From assembly GCA_031550085.1 (NCBI GenBank), contig JAVBOY010000002.1, positions 17,946 through 81,945 of the forward strand: a stretch of 64,000 bases of DNA. Direction: 5' to 3'. This DNA is from Lentimicrobiaceae bacterium. GTDB taxonomy: Bacteria; Bacteroidota; Bacteroidia; Bacteroidales; UBA4417. Below the pieces are notes generated by a model. The model was not told where the DNA came from. It searched no databases and was given only the letters and a program-made list of their open reading frames with translations. Position numbers and translations under genes: made by a program. Shown here piece after piece: positions 28,459 to 37,759 of this stretch (positions are counted from its first letter, which is position 1; each line of letters begins with the position of its first letter).

Positions 28459-29391
28459 ATGAATGATGCTTGGCAGATAGAAACAAAAAACCTGAGTTTC
28501 CAATACAATCGTAGAATAGTTGTTGATAGCATCAACCTATGTGTTCCAAAGGGAAGTATTTACGGATACCTTGGAAAAAACGGCGCTGGAAAAACCACTA
28601 CTCTTAAATTGCTGTTGGGCTTGTTACCAAGCAATCCGGATACTATTTTTTTTAATGGAAAAAATTTCGCAAAAGAATCCGTAAAAACACATTATAGTAT
28701 TGGGAGTTTGGTAGAATCTCCTGCTTTATATGCCCATTTGACAGCTTTTGAGCAACTAAAATATGTTGATTATTTCTTCAAAAAAGGAAAGCAACGTATT
28801 TTGGAAGTGCTTGATTGGGTTGGGTTGCAAAATGATAAAAATAAGAAAATCAACCACTTTTCAACAGGAATGAAACAGCGTTTGGCGCTTGCTGTAGCTT
28901 TATTCCACGATCCAGAGATGCTCATTCTCGATGAACCGATAAATGGGCTTGACCCAAACGGAATTTACGAAATACGTGAACTTCTTCTGCGCATCAACAA
29001 ACAACAAAATAGAACCATTTTGTTTTCAAGCCATATTTTAAGCGAAGTTGAAAAAATATGCACACATATTGGCATTTTGGATCATGGGAAATTATTGTTT
29101 CAAGGAGACATTAAGAACTTGCCTTCTTCCACGCTTCGCCGGAAGGTCTGTGTGCGTACAAACAAAGCTGAATACGCTGTAGAAGTGTGTGTGGCTAACA
29201 GCATTCATGCAATCTTGGAAAATAGCAATGAATTTTATTTTTTCCCTGCAAACGATTTAGATTTCCATAAAACGATTTGCCTATTAACGAGCAACTCCGT
29301 GGAAATATACAGCACAAATACGCTTTCTGATAGTTTAGAATCCATATACATTGATCTTGTTAGCAAAAAAGAACATGGTACAGCAAACTAA
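28459..29391 (+). CDS. ABC transporter ATP-binding protein, ABC-2 / lantibiotic-protection type
   Basis: Walker A GKNGAGKTT, signature FSTGMKQRL and Walker B MLILDEP. Overlaps the permease gene that follows. Confidence 0.85.
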   Translation: MNDAWQIETKNLSFQYNRRIVVDSINLCVPKGSIYGYLGKNGAGKTTTLKLLLGLLPSNPDTIFFNGKNFAKESVKTHYSIGSLVESPALYAHLTAFEQLKYVDYFFKKGKQRILEVLDWVGLQNDKNKKINHFSTGMKQRLALAVALFHDPEMLILDEPINGLDPNGIYEIRELLLRINKQQNRTILFSSHILSEVEKICTHIGILDHGKLLFQGDIKNLPSSTLRRKVCVRTNKAEYAVEVCVANSIHAILENSNEFYFFPANDLDFHKTICLLTSNSVEIYSTNTLSDSLESIYIDLVSKKEHGTAN

Positions 29392-30136
29392 TTTTTGGGA
29401 TACTTTTTGTGCAGAATTCTACAAATCAAGGAAAAATTTGGGATTTTATATTTTAATAATTTTTCCGGTATTTACGACCTCGATAGTTTTTTTGTACTAC
29501 TGCCACCATGTAAATAATTTTGACCCCGAATTAAATCATTGGATGAATTTTACGCGGTACCTATTTTTATTTTACATGTTTATTTATCCTATGGCTGTTT
29601 CGTTTTCGGCATATTCTGTTATGCACATTGAGTATAAAAATAATGCTATCAAACATTTGTTTACATTGCCGGTTCCAAAACCAATATTTTACTTGTCAAA
29701 AATTGCCCTACTCTTTGCCGTCATTATTTTTTCTTTACTGCTTTGCTACGGTTTATTGATTCTATCCGGAAATCTGTTGAACTATTTTTACCCCCAATTA
29801 TTATTTCACAGTTATGATATACGGCTGGTTCTTAGTGTACTATTTGTTAAGAGCTTATTTTCATTGTTGTGCGTTGCTCTTGTGCAGTTGCTTTTGTGCA
29901 TGTTGTTTCGCAGTTTTGTTGTTTCATTGAGTTTTGCTTTGTTTTTTACCATTTTTGGATTTGTTGCCAGCAAATGGGAATACGCATTTCTAAACCCTTA
30001 TAGCGGAGTCTTGTCAGCCTTTTTATCTTTTTTCAAACAAAATTCGCTTATTTTTCAAAAAGATACCATTTTTGCGATATGTACCACAATTATTACCTTG
30101 GTACTAGGATATTTCATTTTCAGAAAATTGAAATAA
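29375..30136 (+). CDS. ABC-2 type permease (6 TM), immunity-type partner of the preceding ATPase
   Basis: Highly hydrophobic, about 253 aa. The ATG at 29375 overlaps the ATPase stop by 17 nt. The track start at 29351 is a TTG. Confidence 0.7.
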   Translation: MVQQTNFWDTFCAEFYKSRKNLGFYILIIFPVFTTSIVFLYYCHHVNNFDPELNHWMNFTRYLFLFYMFIYPMAVSFSAYSVMHIEYKNNAIKHLFTLPVPKPIFYLSKIALLFAVIIFSLLLCYGLLILSGNLLNYFYPQLLFHSYDIRLVLSVLFVKSLFSLLCVALVQLLLCMLFRSFVVSLSFALFFTIFGFVASKWEYAFLNPYSGVLSAFLSFFKQNSLIFQKDTIFAICTTIITLVLGYFIFRKLK

Positions 30137-30270
30137 GGAATTACTAAAAAGTATAGATAATAATTTCGTACTCTTCTGATTATAAGTATAATTCAAAATG
30201 ATCTCTGCCAAAATTTACCAATTCCTATCGGAGAAATTCTAGTTTTCCCATTACAAAAAAGTAAAGAATC

Positions 30271-31509
30271 ATGAAAAACAATTTAATTTTAATTTCATTG
30301 CTTATTCTGTTTCTTGCCGCAGTACCCGTTCAAGATAATAACAATAAACCAATTTTTTCGGAAAGCGAGGAATATTTTATCCCTTTTCAAATAATTGATA
30401 GCCATTTGTATGTAACAGTCAAAATCAATAACAAAGTAACTGCTTTGCTTTCTGTTGATAATGGTTGTCCCGATCTCCATTTAACTGAATCGTTTGCAAA
30501 AAAACATGCAGAAGCGTTAGGACTCACATTTTATCCTGATATGAAATCTGTAAGCTATTTCCCTGGTAGTCCAAATCAAAAATGCTATATTGCACAAGGA
30601 AACTTGTTTTTCCAAGTAAAAGATTCTATTTTCGAGAATCAAACAGAATCTTTATATTATTCAAATCATGACATTATAAAAAATCATTGTTCTATTCTGT
30701 CTTCCGGAGACATTCTACAATTTTTACCTGCTGAAGCTGCCGGAATTATTCCATTAAAGTGTTTGGTAAAGAACAATTTAATTCGAATCAATTTTCGAGA
30801 CAATCGCATAGAATTTCCCTCCCGAATTGATTCTACGCTGAAAAAAGAATATAACGAATATGATTACAAAACTGTGAACCGACTTCAGGTAGTTCAATAC
30901 CCCATAACTTTTTCGGATACCAAAGGAATGCAAAAAACATTTTCATTCAAAACTGTTTTTGATTTAGGTTTCGGAGGAAATTTTAGTTTTCTTAATACAA
31001 AGATTGTCTCGCTGGCAAAACAATTTGAAAGCAAAAACTATGAATCTTCATTCCGTTTTTTTGACGAAATAATAGCCGGAAAAGATAAACTAAAATTGAA
31101 CTACATAAATATTGTTTCATCCAATACAAATATGCCTTTTGACATGCTTGTTGGAATAAAAATTTTGTCCAACTACGATATTTATTTTGATTATAAAAAT
31201 TCGAAAATTTACACCAAAGCCTTATCGAAAGATAAGTTTTCACTATCCCCTTCATCAGCTCCGGGCTTTTTTACTGTAACAAAAAAGAGAGATAATGCTT
31301 ATATTCAATGTCATATTACAGCCATAAACCCGGCTACAAGTAAATTTTCATATAAACTGTACGACGAGATTTTAGCAGTTGATAATGTGTACTTACAAAT
31401 GCTGTCTTTGGATAGTGCAAAAAGATTGCTGGTAAATAGAGATGAGATTCAGATCCTGTTAATAAAAAGAAATCAAGATACGCTATTATTAAAGCGTGAC
31501 CGAGAATAA
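30271..31509 (+). CDS. Secreted protein with two retropepsin-like (clan AA aspartyl protease) half-domains and a C-terminal PDZ-like domain
   Basis: Has a signal peptide. HLYVTVKINNKVTALLSVDNGCPDLHLTESFAKKH and KTFSFKTVFDLGFGGNFSFL match the retropepsin active-site-loop pattern, with DTG replaced by DNG and DLG. The C-terminal ITAINPATSKFSYKLYDEILAVDNV...ILLIKRNQDTLLL is PDZ-like. Confidence 0.55.
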   Translation: MKNNLILISLLILFLAAVPVQDNNNKPIFSESEEYFIPFQIIDSHLYVTVKINNKVTALLSVDNGCPDLHLTESFAKKHAEALGLTFYPDMKSVSYFPGSPNQKCYIAQGNLFFQVKDSIFENQTESLYYSNHDIIKNHCSILSSGDILQFLPAEAAGIIPLKCLVKNNLIRINFRDNRIEFPSRIDSTLKKEYNEYDYKTVNRLQVVQYPITFSDTKGMQKTFSFKTVFDLGFGGNFSFLNTKIVSLAKQFESKNYESSFRFFDEIIAGKDKLKLNYINIVSSNTNMPFDMLVGIKILSNYDIYFDYKNSKIYTKALSKDKFSLSPSSAPGFFTVTKKRDNAYIQCHITAINPATSKFSYKLYDEILAVDNVYLQMLSLDSAKRLLVNRDEIQILLIKRNQDTLLLKRDRE

Positions 31510-31619
31510 AAAGCTGCACTTGTCCGTTAGAATTCAGGATAGATAAACTTTTTGAACTTAATTTTGATTGACTTGGAATCACGTAAGTAATTTATTTATA
31601 GTAATTTTAGTTTTCTTAT

Positions 31620-32120
31620 TAGTTTAGATGGCAACCGCGAGTACCACTCGCACCGTGTAATAAAAAACATCCGCCTGCTCAAAGACCGGCATCCCGATTA
31701 TTTCGAAAAGCGTGTAAACTTTAATGCCGTGCTCACAACCGCAGCACTTATGAGGATGTATACCACTTTATCAAAGATGAATTTGGTAAAATCGCCAATA
31801 TCACTGCGCTAAACGATATCGGCATTCGCGATGATAAGAAGGAGTTGTTTATGGCAACCTACCGCAACCCCAACCAAAGCCTGATGCAATCGGAACATTA
31901 CGATGAAATAGAAAAGGAAATGTTTATCAAATCGGGCAAAAAAACCAAAACATCACCGCCGGAGAAACTTTGCTGACCATTGTTCCCAACGATTCGGCAA
32001 CAGTTGGACTTATCACAAGAAATGCAAGGCTCAGCCGAAATTATTACCCATGACTTGCGCCTACTCGATCGCTTCCTAAACCCTATAAAATCGGTATTGA
32101 AAAGGCAAAAGCGTAGTTAG
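31620..32120 (+). pseudogene. Frame-broken gene remnants; the last part resembles the C-terminus of a HlyD-family (bacteriocin-export accessory) protein
   Basis: Hand translation in shifting frames gives ...ITAGETLLTIVPNDSATVGLIT... then, in another frame, EMQGSAEIITHDLRLLDRFLNPIKSVLKRQKRS*. No ORF of 60 aa or more occurs here. Confidence 0.45.
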
Positions 32121-32185
32121 TGAAAAGTTGACAATGGACAATAAGTTTTTGCAGAAAGCAGAAGGCAAAAGCAGTTGATTTAAGC

Positions 32186-32227
32186 AAAAAATCCTTCGAA
32201 TACCGAAACCGGCATTCGAAGGATTTT
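32186..32227 (-). terminator. Intrinsic terminator downstream of mutB
   Basis: AAAATCCTTCGAAT at 32187-32201 pairs with ATTCGAAGGATTTT at 32214-32227. A U-run follows on the minus strand. Confidence 0.75.
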
Positions 32228-32246
32228 CAATCTTAAAAAGAAAAAA

Positions 32247-34385
32247 CTATTTCCGCGATTCAATTAAAATTTCCAACATTTTAATCGCGCAATCGGGAAT
32301 TTTAGTTCCGGGACCAAATACGGCTACCGCTCCCGAATCATACAGGAATTGGTAATCCTGTGCCGGAATTACGCCTCCCACAATGACCATAATGTCCTCG
32401 CGGCCCAGTTTTTTTAATTCTTCAATGACTTGCGGCACCAACGTTTTGTGTCCGGCAGCCAAACTGGAAACGCCTAGAATATGAACGTCGTTTTCCACCG
32501 CCTGGCGTGCGGCTTCAGCCGGTGTTTGGAACAAGGGACCGATGTCCACGTCGAAGCCGATATCGGCATAGCCGGTTGCAACTACTTTGGCGCCTCGGTC
32601 GTGCCCGTCCTGCCCCATCTTGGCAATCATGATGCGCGGGCGGCGGCCTTCCAATTCGGCAAACTGATCGGCCATTTGGCAGGCTTTCTTAAAGTCGTCG
32701 TCGTTTGCCGACTCGCCTGAATAAACTCCTGATATGGATCGTATCACAGCTTTATACCTTCCGTAAACTTTTTCTAATGCAGAACTGATTTCTCCCAACG
32801 AAGCGCGTTTGCGGGCCGCGTCAATGGCTAATTCCAGAAGATTTCCTTCGTTGGTTTCGGCGCAACGGGTCAATGCGGCCAAAACAGCATCGACGTCGGC
32901 CTGGTTGCGGTTGGCGCGCAATTGTTTCAAGCGTTCGAGCTGCGCCAAACGAACGGCCGTATTGTCCACTTCCAAAATTTCGAGCGGATCTTCTTTTTCC
33001 AGGCGATATTTGTTCACGCCCACAATGGTTTCCTTGCCTGCATCAATGCGTGCCTGTTTGCGGGCAGCCGCTTCTTCGATGCGCATTTTGGGAATTCCGG
33101 TTTCGATGGCTTTGGCCATACCGCCCAATTCTTCCACTTCCTGAATCAAGGCCCAGGCTTTGTGCGCAATTTCGTGGGTCAGACTTTCCACATAATAGGA
33201 ACCGGCCCACGGATCGACCACACGGCAGATGTTGGTTTCTTCCTGTAAATAAATTTGCGTGTTCCGGGCAATACGGGCCGAAAAATCGGTAGGTAATGCA
33301 ATGGCTTCGTCCAATGCATTGGTATGCAACGATTGGGTGTGTCCCAATGCAGCGCCCAGGGCTTCGATACAAGTGCGGGTGACGTTGTTGAACGGGTCTT
33401 GTTCCGTCAAGCTCCAGCCCGAAGTTTGCGAGTGGGTACGCAACGCCATGCTCTTGGGATCTTTGGGATTGAACTGGCGGACAATTTTAGCCCAAAGCAA
33501 ACGGGCGGCACGCATTTTGGCGATTTCCATAAAATGGTTCATGCCGATGGCCCAGAAAAACGACAAGCGCGGCGCAAACGAATCGATCGGAATGCCGGCT
33601 TCAATGCCTTTGCGAAGGTATTCCAATCCGTCGGCCAACGTGTAGGCCAATTCGATGTCGGCGGTAGCTCCGGCTTCTTGCATGTGGTAGCCCGAAATGG
33701 AAATGGAATTGAATTTCTTCATGTTTTTGGAAGTAAATTCAAAAATGTCGGCAATGATTTTCATGGAAGGAATGGGCGGATAGATGTAGGTGTTCCGCAC
33801 CATAAATTCCTTCAAAATATCGTTTTGGATGGTTCCGCTCAATTTATCCATGGACACGCCTTGTTCTTCGGCGGCTACAATGTAAAAGGCCAAAATCGGC
33901 AACACGGCGCCGTTCATGGTCATGGAAACCGACATTTTGTCCAACGGAATCTGGTCGAACAAAATTTTCATATCCAGAATAGAATCAATCGCCACACCGG
34001 CTTTTCCTACGTCGCCAACCACACGTTCGTGGTCGGAATCGTATCCTCGGTGGGTTGCCAGGTCAAACGCAACGGAAAGCCCCATTTGGCCGGCGGCCAA
34101 GTTGCGACGGTAAAAAGCGTTCGATTCCTCGGCAGTGGAAAATCCTGCATATTGGCGGATTGTCCAGGGTTTCATAACATACATGGTGCTGTACGGTCCG
34201 CGTAAAAACGGGGTAATTCCGGCAGCGTATTGCAAGTGTTCCATGTTTTTAAGGTCGTCGGCCGTGTAAACGGCTTTTACCTCTATTTGCTCGTTGGTCA
34301 TCCAGTTTGCACCATCACCGTTGGCTTGCGAGCCTTCGGACTGTACCGGAGCTTTGTAATCCAGATGTTTAAAATCGGGTCGCAT
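32247..34385 (-). CDS. mutB: Methylmalonyl-CoA mutase large (alpha) subunit
   Basis: 712 aa with a TIM-barrel substrate domain and a C-terminal B12-binding domain carrying [10 protein letters not shown] (DxHxxG). Confidence 0.93.
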   Translation of the reverse strand: MRPDFKHLDYKAPVQSEGSQANGDGANWMTNEQIEVKAVYTADDLKNMEHLQYAAGITPFLRGPYSTMYVMKPWTIRQYAGFSTAEESNAFYRRNLAAGQMGLSVAFDLATHRGYDSDHERVVGDVGKAGVAIDSILDMKILFDQIPLDKMSVSMTMNGAVLPILAFYIVAAEEQGVSMDKLSGTIQNDILKEFMVRNTYIYPPIPSMKIIADIFEFTSKNMKKFNSISISGYHMQEAGATADIELAYTLADGLEYLRKGIEAGIPIDSFAPRLSFFWAIGMNHFMEIAKMRAARLLWAKIVRQFNPKDPKSMALRTHSQTSGWSLTEQDPFNNVTRTCIEALGAALGHTQSLHTNALDEAIALPTDFSARIARNTQIYLQEETNICRVVDPWAGSYYVESLTHEIAHKAWALIQEVEELGGMAKAIETGIPKMRIEEAAARKQARIDAGKETIVGVNKYRLEKEDPLEILEVDNTAVRLAQLERLKQLRANRNQADVDAVLAALTRCAETNEGNLLELAIDAARKRASLGEISSALEKVYGRYKAVIRSISGVYSGESANDDDFKKACQMADQFAELEGRRPRIMIAKMGQDGHDRGAKVVATGYADIGFDVDIGPLFQTPAEAARQAVENDVHILGVSSLAAGHKTLVPQVIEELKKLGREDIMVIVGGVIPAQDYQFLYDSGAVAVFGPGTKIPDCAIKMLEILIESRK

Positions 34386-34431
34386 GGTACTTAATATTTT
34401 TAATTATTTGATTACTACTAAATCTATAAAA

Positions 34432-36339
34432 CTAAAAGATCCCCAGCTTATCCTGGAATGCCGTCAAACTTTCTACCAGATTGCAGCGAACATGGATGAA
34501 ATCGTCGACTCCGGCGGTTTTCAACGCATCGATCATTTCTTTCGGGAATCCGGCAACCATAACTTGTAAACCAGGATTCTCAGCCTTGAGTTTTTGGGCT
34601 ATTTCCGGAGCGAGATCGGCATATTCTTCATCGCTGGAACAAATGGTGATAATTTCGGCTTTGGATTCCAAGGCAGCTTTTACGCCTTCGTCAATGGAAG
34701 CGAATCCGGAATTATCCAATACTTCGAATCCGGCGCAACCAAAGAAATTGGTGGCAAACATGGCGCGGGCTTTGCGCATGGCCAGGTTTCCCACGTTGAA
34801 CAGGAATACGGACGGGCGTTTGTTGCCGTCTTCGACAAACAGTTCGGTGGCGATGCGCATTTCGTCGAACACATCGGTGGCGCGCGTCAATTGAAGTTTC
34901 TTATAGGTGGAGGGTTTATCTTCCAAAATTTCTTCGTCGTCAATGGCTTCTTCCTCTTCGTCGTCGATATCTTCGAATTTTTCCAGCATGGTTTCGCTGA
35001 GGTTGGGGTACTGGTTGGTTCCCAAGAAAATCATTTTACGGGTCGCCACATCTTTTTCACGCTCGGCAGCCATTTTTTCAATTTCATCTTGAATAAAGTT
35101 GGCTTTGACGGCTTCGACCATACCGCCTTTTTCTTCGACCAGTTGGAACAATTTCCAGGCGGCTTGGGCAAAGCTGTCGGTCAAGCTTTCGATATAATAC
35201 GAGCCGGCGCCCGGATCGACCACTTTATCCAAATAAGATTCTTCTTTCAGGATGATTTGCTGGTTGCGGGCAATGCGCAACGAAAATTCATCCGGATTCT
35301 TGTAATACAAATCAAACGGCATAATGGTCAACGAGCCGGTTCCGCCCAACACGGCGCTCATGGCTTCGGTGGTGGTGCGCAAAATATTGACATACGGATC
35401 GTAAAGCGATTTGTTCCACTGGCTGGTGGAGCAATGCATACGCATCATCGAGGTTTCTTTGTGCCCGGGTTGATATTGCTCTACAATGTGTGCCCACAAC
35501 ATGCGTGCGGCACGGAGTTTGGCAATCTCCATAAAATAGTTGGAACCTACGGCAAACGTAAATTGAATGCGGGGGGCTATGTCATCAACCTTCAGGCCGG
35601 CATCGACTCCCGCAGCCAAATACTCATTGGCCGAAGCCAATGCAAAGGCCAATTCCTGAACCAAGGTCGCTCCGGAATTGTGGAAATACTGGGCATTTAC
35701 ATTGATGACCTTGAACTTGGGCAGGGTTTCCATTCCCAATTTCAGCAACTTCACCACCTCGTTAAGGTCGTTTTCCTGGTTGTCCCAAAAATCGCCGTTC
35801 ATCAGCAAATAGCTAATGGGATCGCAGTCGAAAGAGCCTTTTAATTGCGCAACATCGGCTTTCTGATGTTTGCAATATTCAGCCAGTAATTTGGCCAATT
35901 GGAGGTAAGAAGGAGCTGCAAAAAAATGAATCCCGGTATTTTTGAGATCAATATTATTCAAAAGGATATTCAGGTTATCGGCTGATTCGATCAGGGAAGC
36001 ATCGAAACCGATGCCGGTTGCTCCGCGTTTCAATGCGTCAACGGCAATGCGGTTTGCTTCTTCCGGATCGTCCAGTTCGACTTCCTGGCGGATTTCCCAG
36101 GCATTGTTTTTCGGGCAGTTGCCACGAACAAAGGGATACTCTCCCGGCTGGGTATGGGTATCAATTCCCTCTAAAGCTTCGGATCGATAGTATGGTTTTA
36201 CGGAAATGCCTTCGTTGGTTTTCCAAATGAGCTTTTTTTCGTAATCGGCGCCTTTGAGGTCTTCCACAATTTTGGCTTCCCAATCGGCTGTGGGCACCGG
36301 CGGAAATTCATTAAATAGTTTGTCGTTGAGCGGGTCCAT
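34432..36339 (-). CDS. mutA: Methylmalonyl-CoA mutase small (beta) subunit
   Basis: 635 aa, a paralogue of the large subunit, located immediately upstream of it. Confidence 0.88.
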   Translation of the reverse strand: MDPLNDKLFNEFPPVPTADWEAKIVEDLKGADYEKKLIWKTNEGISVKPYYRSEALEGIDTHTQPGEYPFVRGNCPKNNAWEIRQEVELDDPEEANRIAVDALKRGATGIGFDASLIESADNLNILLNNIDLKNTGIHFFAAPSYLQLAKLLAEYCKHQKADVAQLKGSFDCDPISYLLMNGDFWDNQENDLNEVVKLLKLGMETLPKFKVINVNAQYFHNSGATLVQELAFALASANEYLAAGVDAGLKVDDIAPRIQFTFAVGSNYFMEIAKLRAARMLWAHIVEQYQPGHKETSMMRMHCSTSQWNKSLYDPYVNILRTTTEAMSAVLGGTGSLTIMPFDLYYKNPDEFSLRIARNQQIILKEESYLDKVVDPGAGSYYIESLTDSFAQAAWKLFQLVEEKGGMVEAVKANFIQDEIEKMAAEREKDVATRKMIFLGTNQYPNLSETMLEKFEDIDDEEEEAIDDEEILEDKPSTYKKLQLTRATDVFDEMRIATELFVEDGNKRPSVFLFNVGNLAMRKARAMFATNFFGCAGFEVLDNSGFASIDEGVKAALESKAEIITICSSDEEYADLAPEIAQKLKAENPGLQVMVAGFPKEMIDALKTAGVDDFIHVRCNLVESLTAFQDKLGIF

Positions 36340-36432
36340 TGCAAAACGTTTAAGTTTATATTCAATCTAACTCGGTTAAATCAACGGCAAAGGTAGGAAT
36401 TTGTCGGATATTTTTTTGTTTTTGGTTAAATT

Positions 36433-36995
36433 GATGGGGAAACTGGGGAAATTGGGGAAGTCGGGGAAATTGGGGCCGGAATTACGAATGAGTTTTTAGT
36501 AAACAAGTTGACGGGTAAACGAGGTTTAGTTGCAGAAAGAAGAAAGCAGCAGGCAGAAAGGATTTCATTAATTGAAAATGGAAAATTGAGAGTTGAAAAT
36601 GAATGTTTTTCAATAAACAATTCAACAACTCAACGATTCAACCAATAATGATGAATTCCGCGTCATTTCGACTGGAGCGAAATGGAGAAATCCCTTTCCT
36701 CCCATTAAATTAAGAATGAAGAATTAAAAGTGAAAATTTGAATTTTATCAATAAACAATTCTACAAACTACCCACGCTTCACAAATAAACAATTAAACAG
36801 TTCAACAATTAAACAATTAAACTGACATTTCACCCTATGCGATTAAAACAGTTTATTATTAGATTGATTTATCGTATTCAATAAAAATAAAATACCAACC
36901 ATTTCCCCGGCTTTCCCATTTTCCCCGGTTTTACCCAATTCACAACAAACAGTTCAACACTTCAACAATTAAACAGTTCAACAAATGCCCATTTC
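36433..36995 (-). repeat. Mosaic intergenic word-repeat element (copy A), in opposite orientation to copies B-D
   Basis: Shares modules with 56303-57041 as reverse complement. These are 36568-36643 (M1), 36660-36694 (M2), 36829-36865 (M4) and 36490-36567 (M5), plus GGGGAAA and GTTGAAC word tracts. Confidence 0.8.
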
Positions 36996-37000
36996 ATCGT

Positions 37001-37759
37001 TTACCCTTTATTTGAAGGTTTCAGGCGGCGGGTTAATCCGGTACCGAATATAAAATCGCTCAGTTCGGTGTTGTCGGTATGGAGAACGTTGTGCTGGTCG
37101 CCTTCCCACCAGATTTTGCCGTTGTAAAGGAAGTATATTTTCTCGCCGATTTCCAGCACGGAATTCATATCGTGGGTTACTACCACCGTAGTCATGTTAA
37201 ACTCGTGGGTCAACTCGTGGATGAGGGCGTCGATTAAGGCCGAGGTCAGCGGATCCAGACCGGAGTTGGGTTCGTCGCAGAACAGGTATTTGGGATTCAT
37301 GGCAATGGCGCGGGCAATGGCGACGCGTTTTTTCATGCCGCCGCTCAATTCGGAGGGATAGAGTTTGTTTGCGTTCTCGAGGTTGACACGTTGCAGGCAC
37401 CAGTTGGCTCGGTCGCGCTTTTCGGCCGGGCTCATTTTTGAAAACATGGTGAGGGGAAATTCCACGTTTTCTTCAGCCGTCATGCTGTCGAACAAAGCGC
37501 CTCCCTGAAACAGCATGCCGAGTTCCTGGCGGATGACTTTCGTTTCTTCGTACGACATTTTCGAGAATTGCCGGCCATCGTAAAGCACCTGTCCGTTATC
37601 GGGTTCCAATAGGCCTACCAGGCATTTGAGCAATACGGTTTTCCCCATGCCACTTTGCCCGATGATAAGATTGGTTTTTCCTTTGTCCAGTTGAATGCTG
37701 ATGTCATCCAACACCAGCCGGTCGCCAAATTTTTTGGTAATATGTCTTGTTTCGATCAT
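37001..37759 (-). CDS. mlaF: MlaF-like ABC transporter ATP-binding protein
   Basis: Walker A GQSGMGKT, signature LSGGMKKRVAIARA and Walker B LFCDEPNSGLD. Overlaps the MlaE-like permease gene by 4 nt. Confidence 0.8.
   Translation of the reverse strand: MIETRHITKKFGDRLVLDDISIQLDKGKTNLIIGQSGMGKTVLLKCLVGLLEPDNGQVLYDGRQFSKMSYEETKVIRQELGMLFQGGALFDSMTAEENVEFPLTMFSKMSPAEKRDRANWCLQRVNLENANKLYPSELSGGMKKRVAIARAIAMNPKYLFCDEPNSGLDPLTSALIDALIHELTHEFNMTTVVVTHDMNSVLEIGEKIYFLYNGKIWWEGDQHNVLHTDNTELSDFIFGTGLTRRLKPSNKG

Noticed and set aside
24675-32185. Calling the AT-rich island a mobile element or integrative element
   Set aside because: No integrase, transposase, tRNA target or flanking direct repeats could be seen by eye. 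It is reported as a compositional island only.
34594-35844. 416-aa ORF on the plus strand, plus similar long antisense ORFs at 33324-34205, 32922-33248, 2104-2868, 6366-7085, 11547-12032, 40694-41314, 42201-42713, 43339-43848, 44446-45147, 54613-55275, 55679-56230, 57948-58592 and 58015-58656
   Set aside because: All lie entirely antisense to, or out of frame within, genes with unambiguous family motifs. Their sequences are low-complexity (Gly/Arg/Phe-rich) with no recognisable domains, as expected for shadow ORFs.
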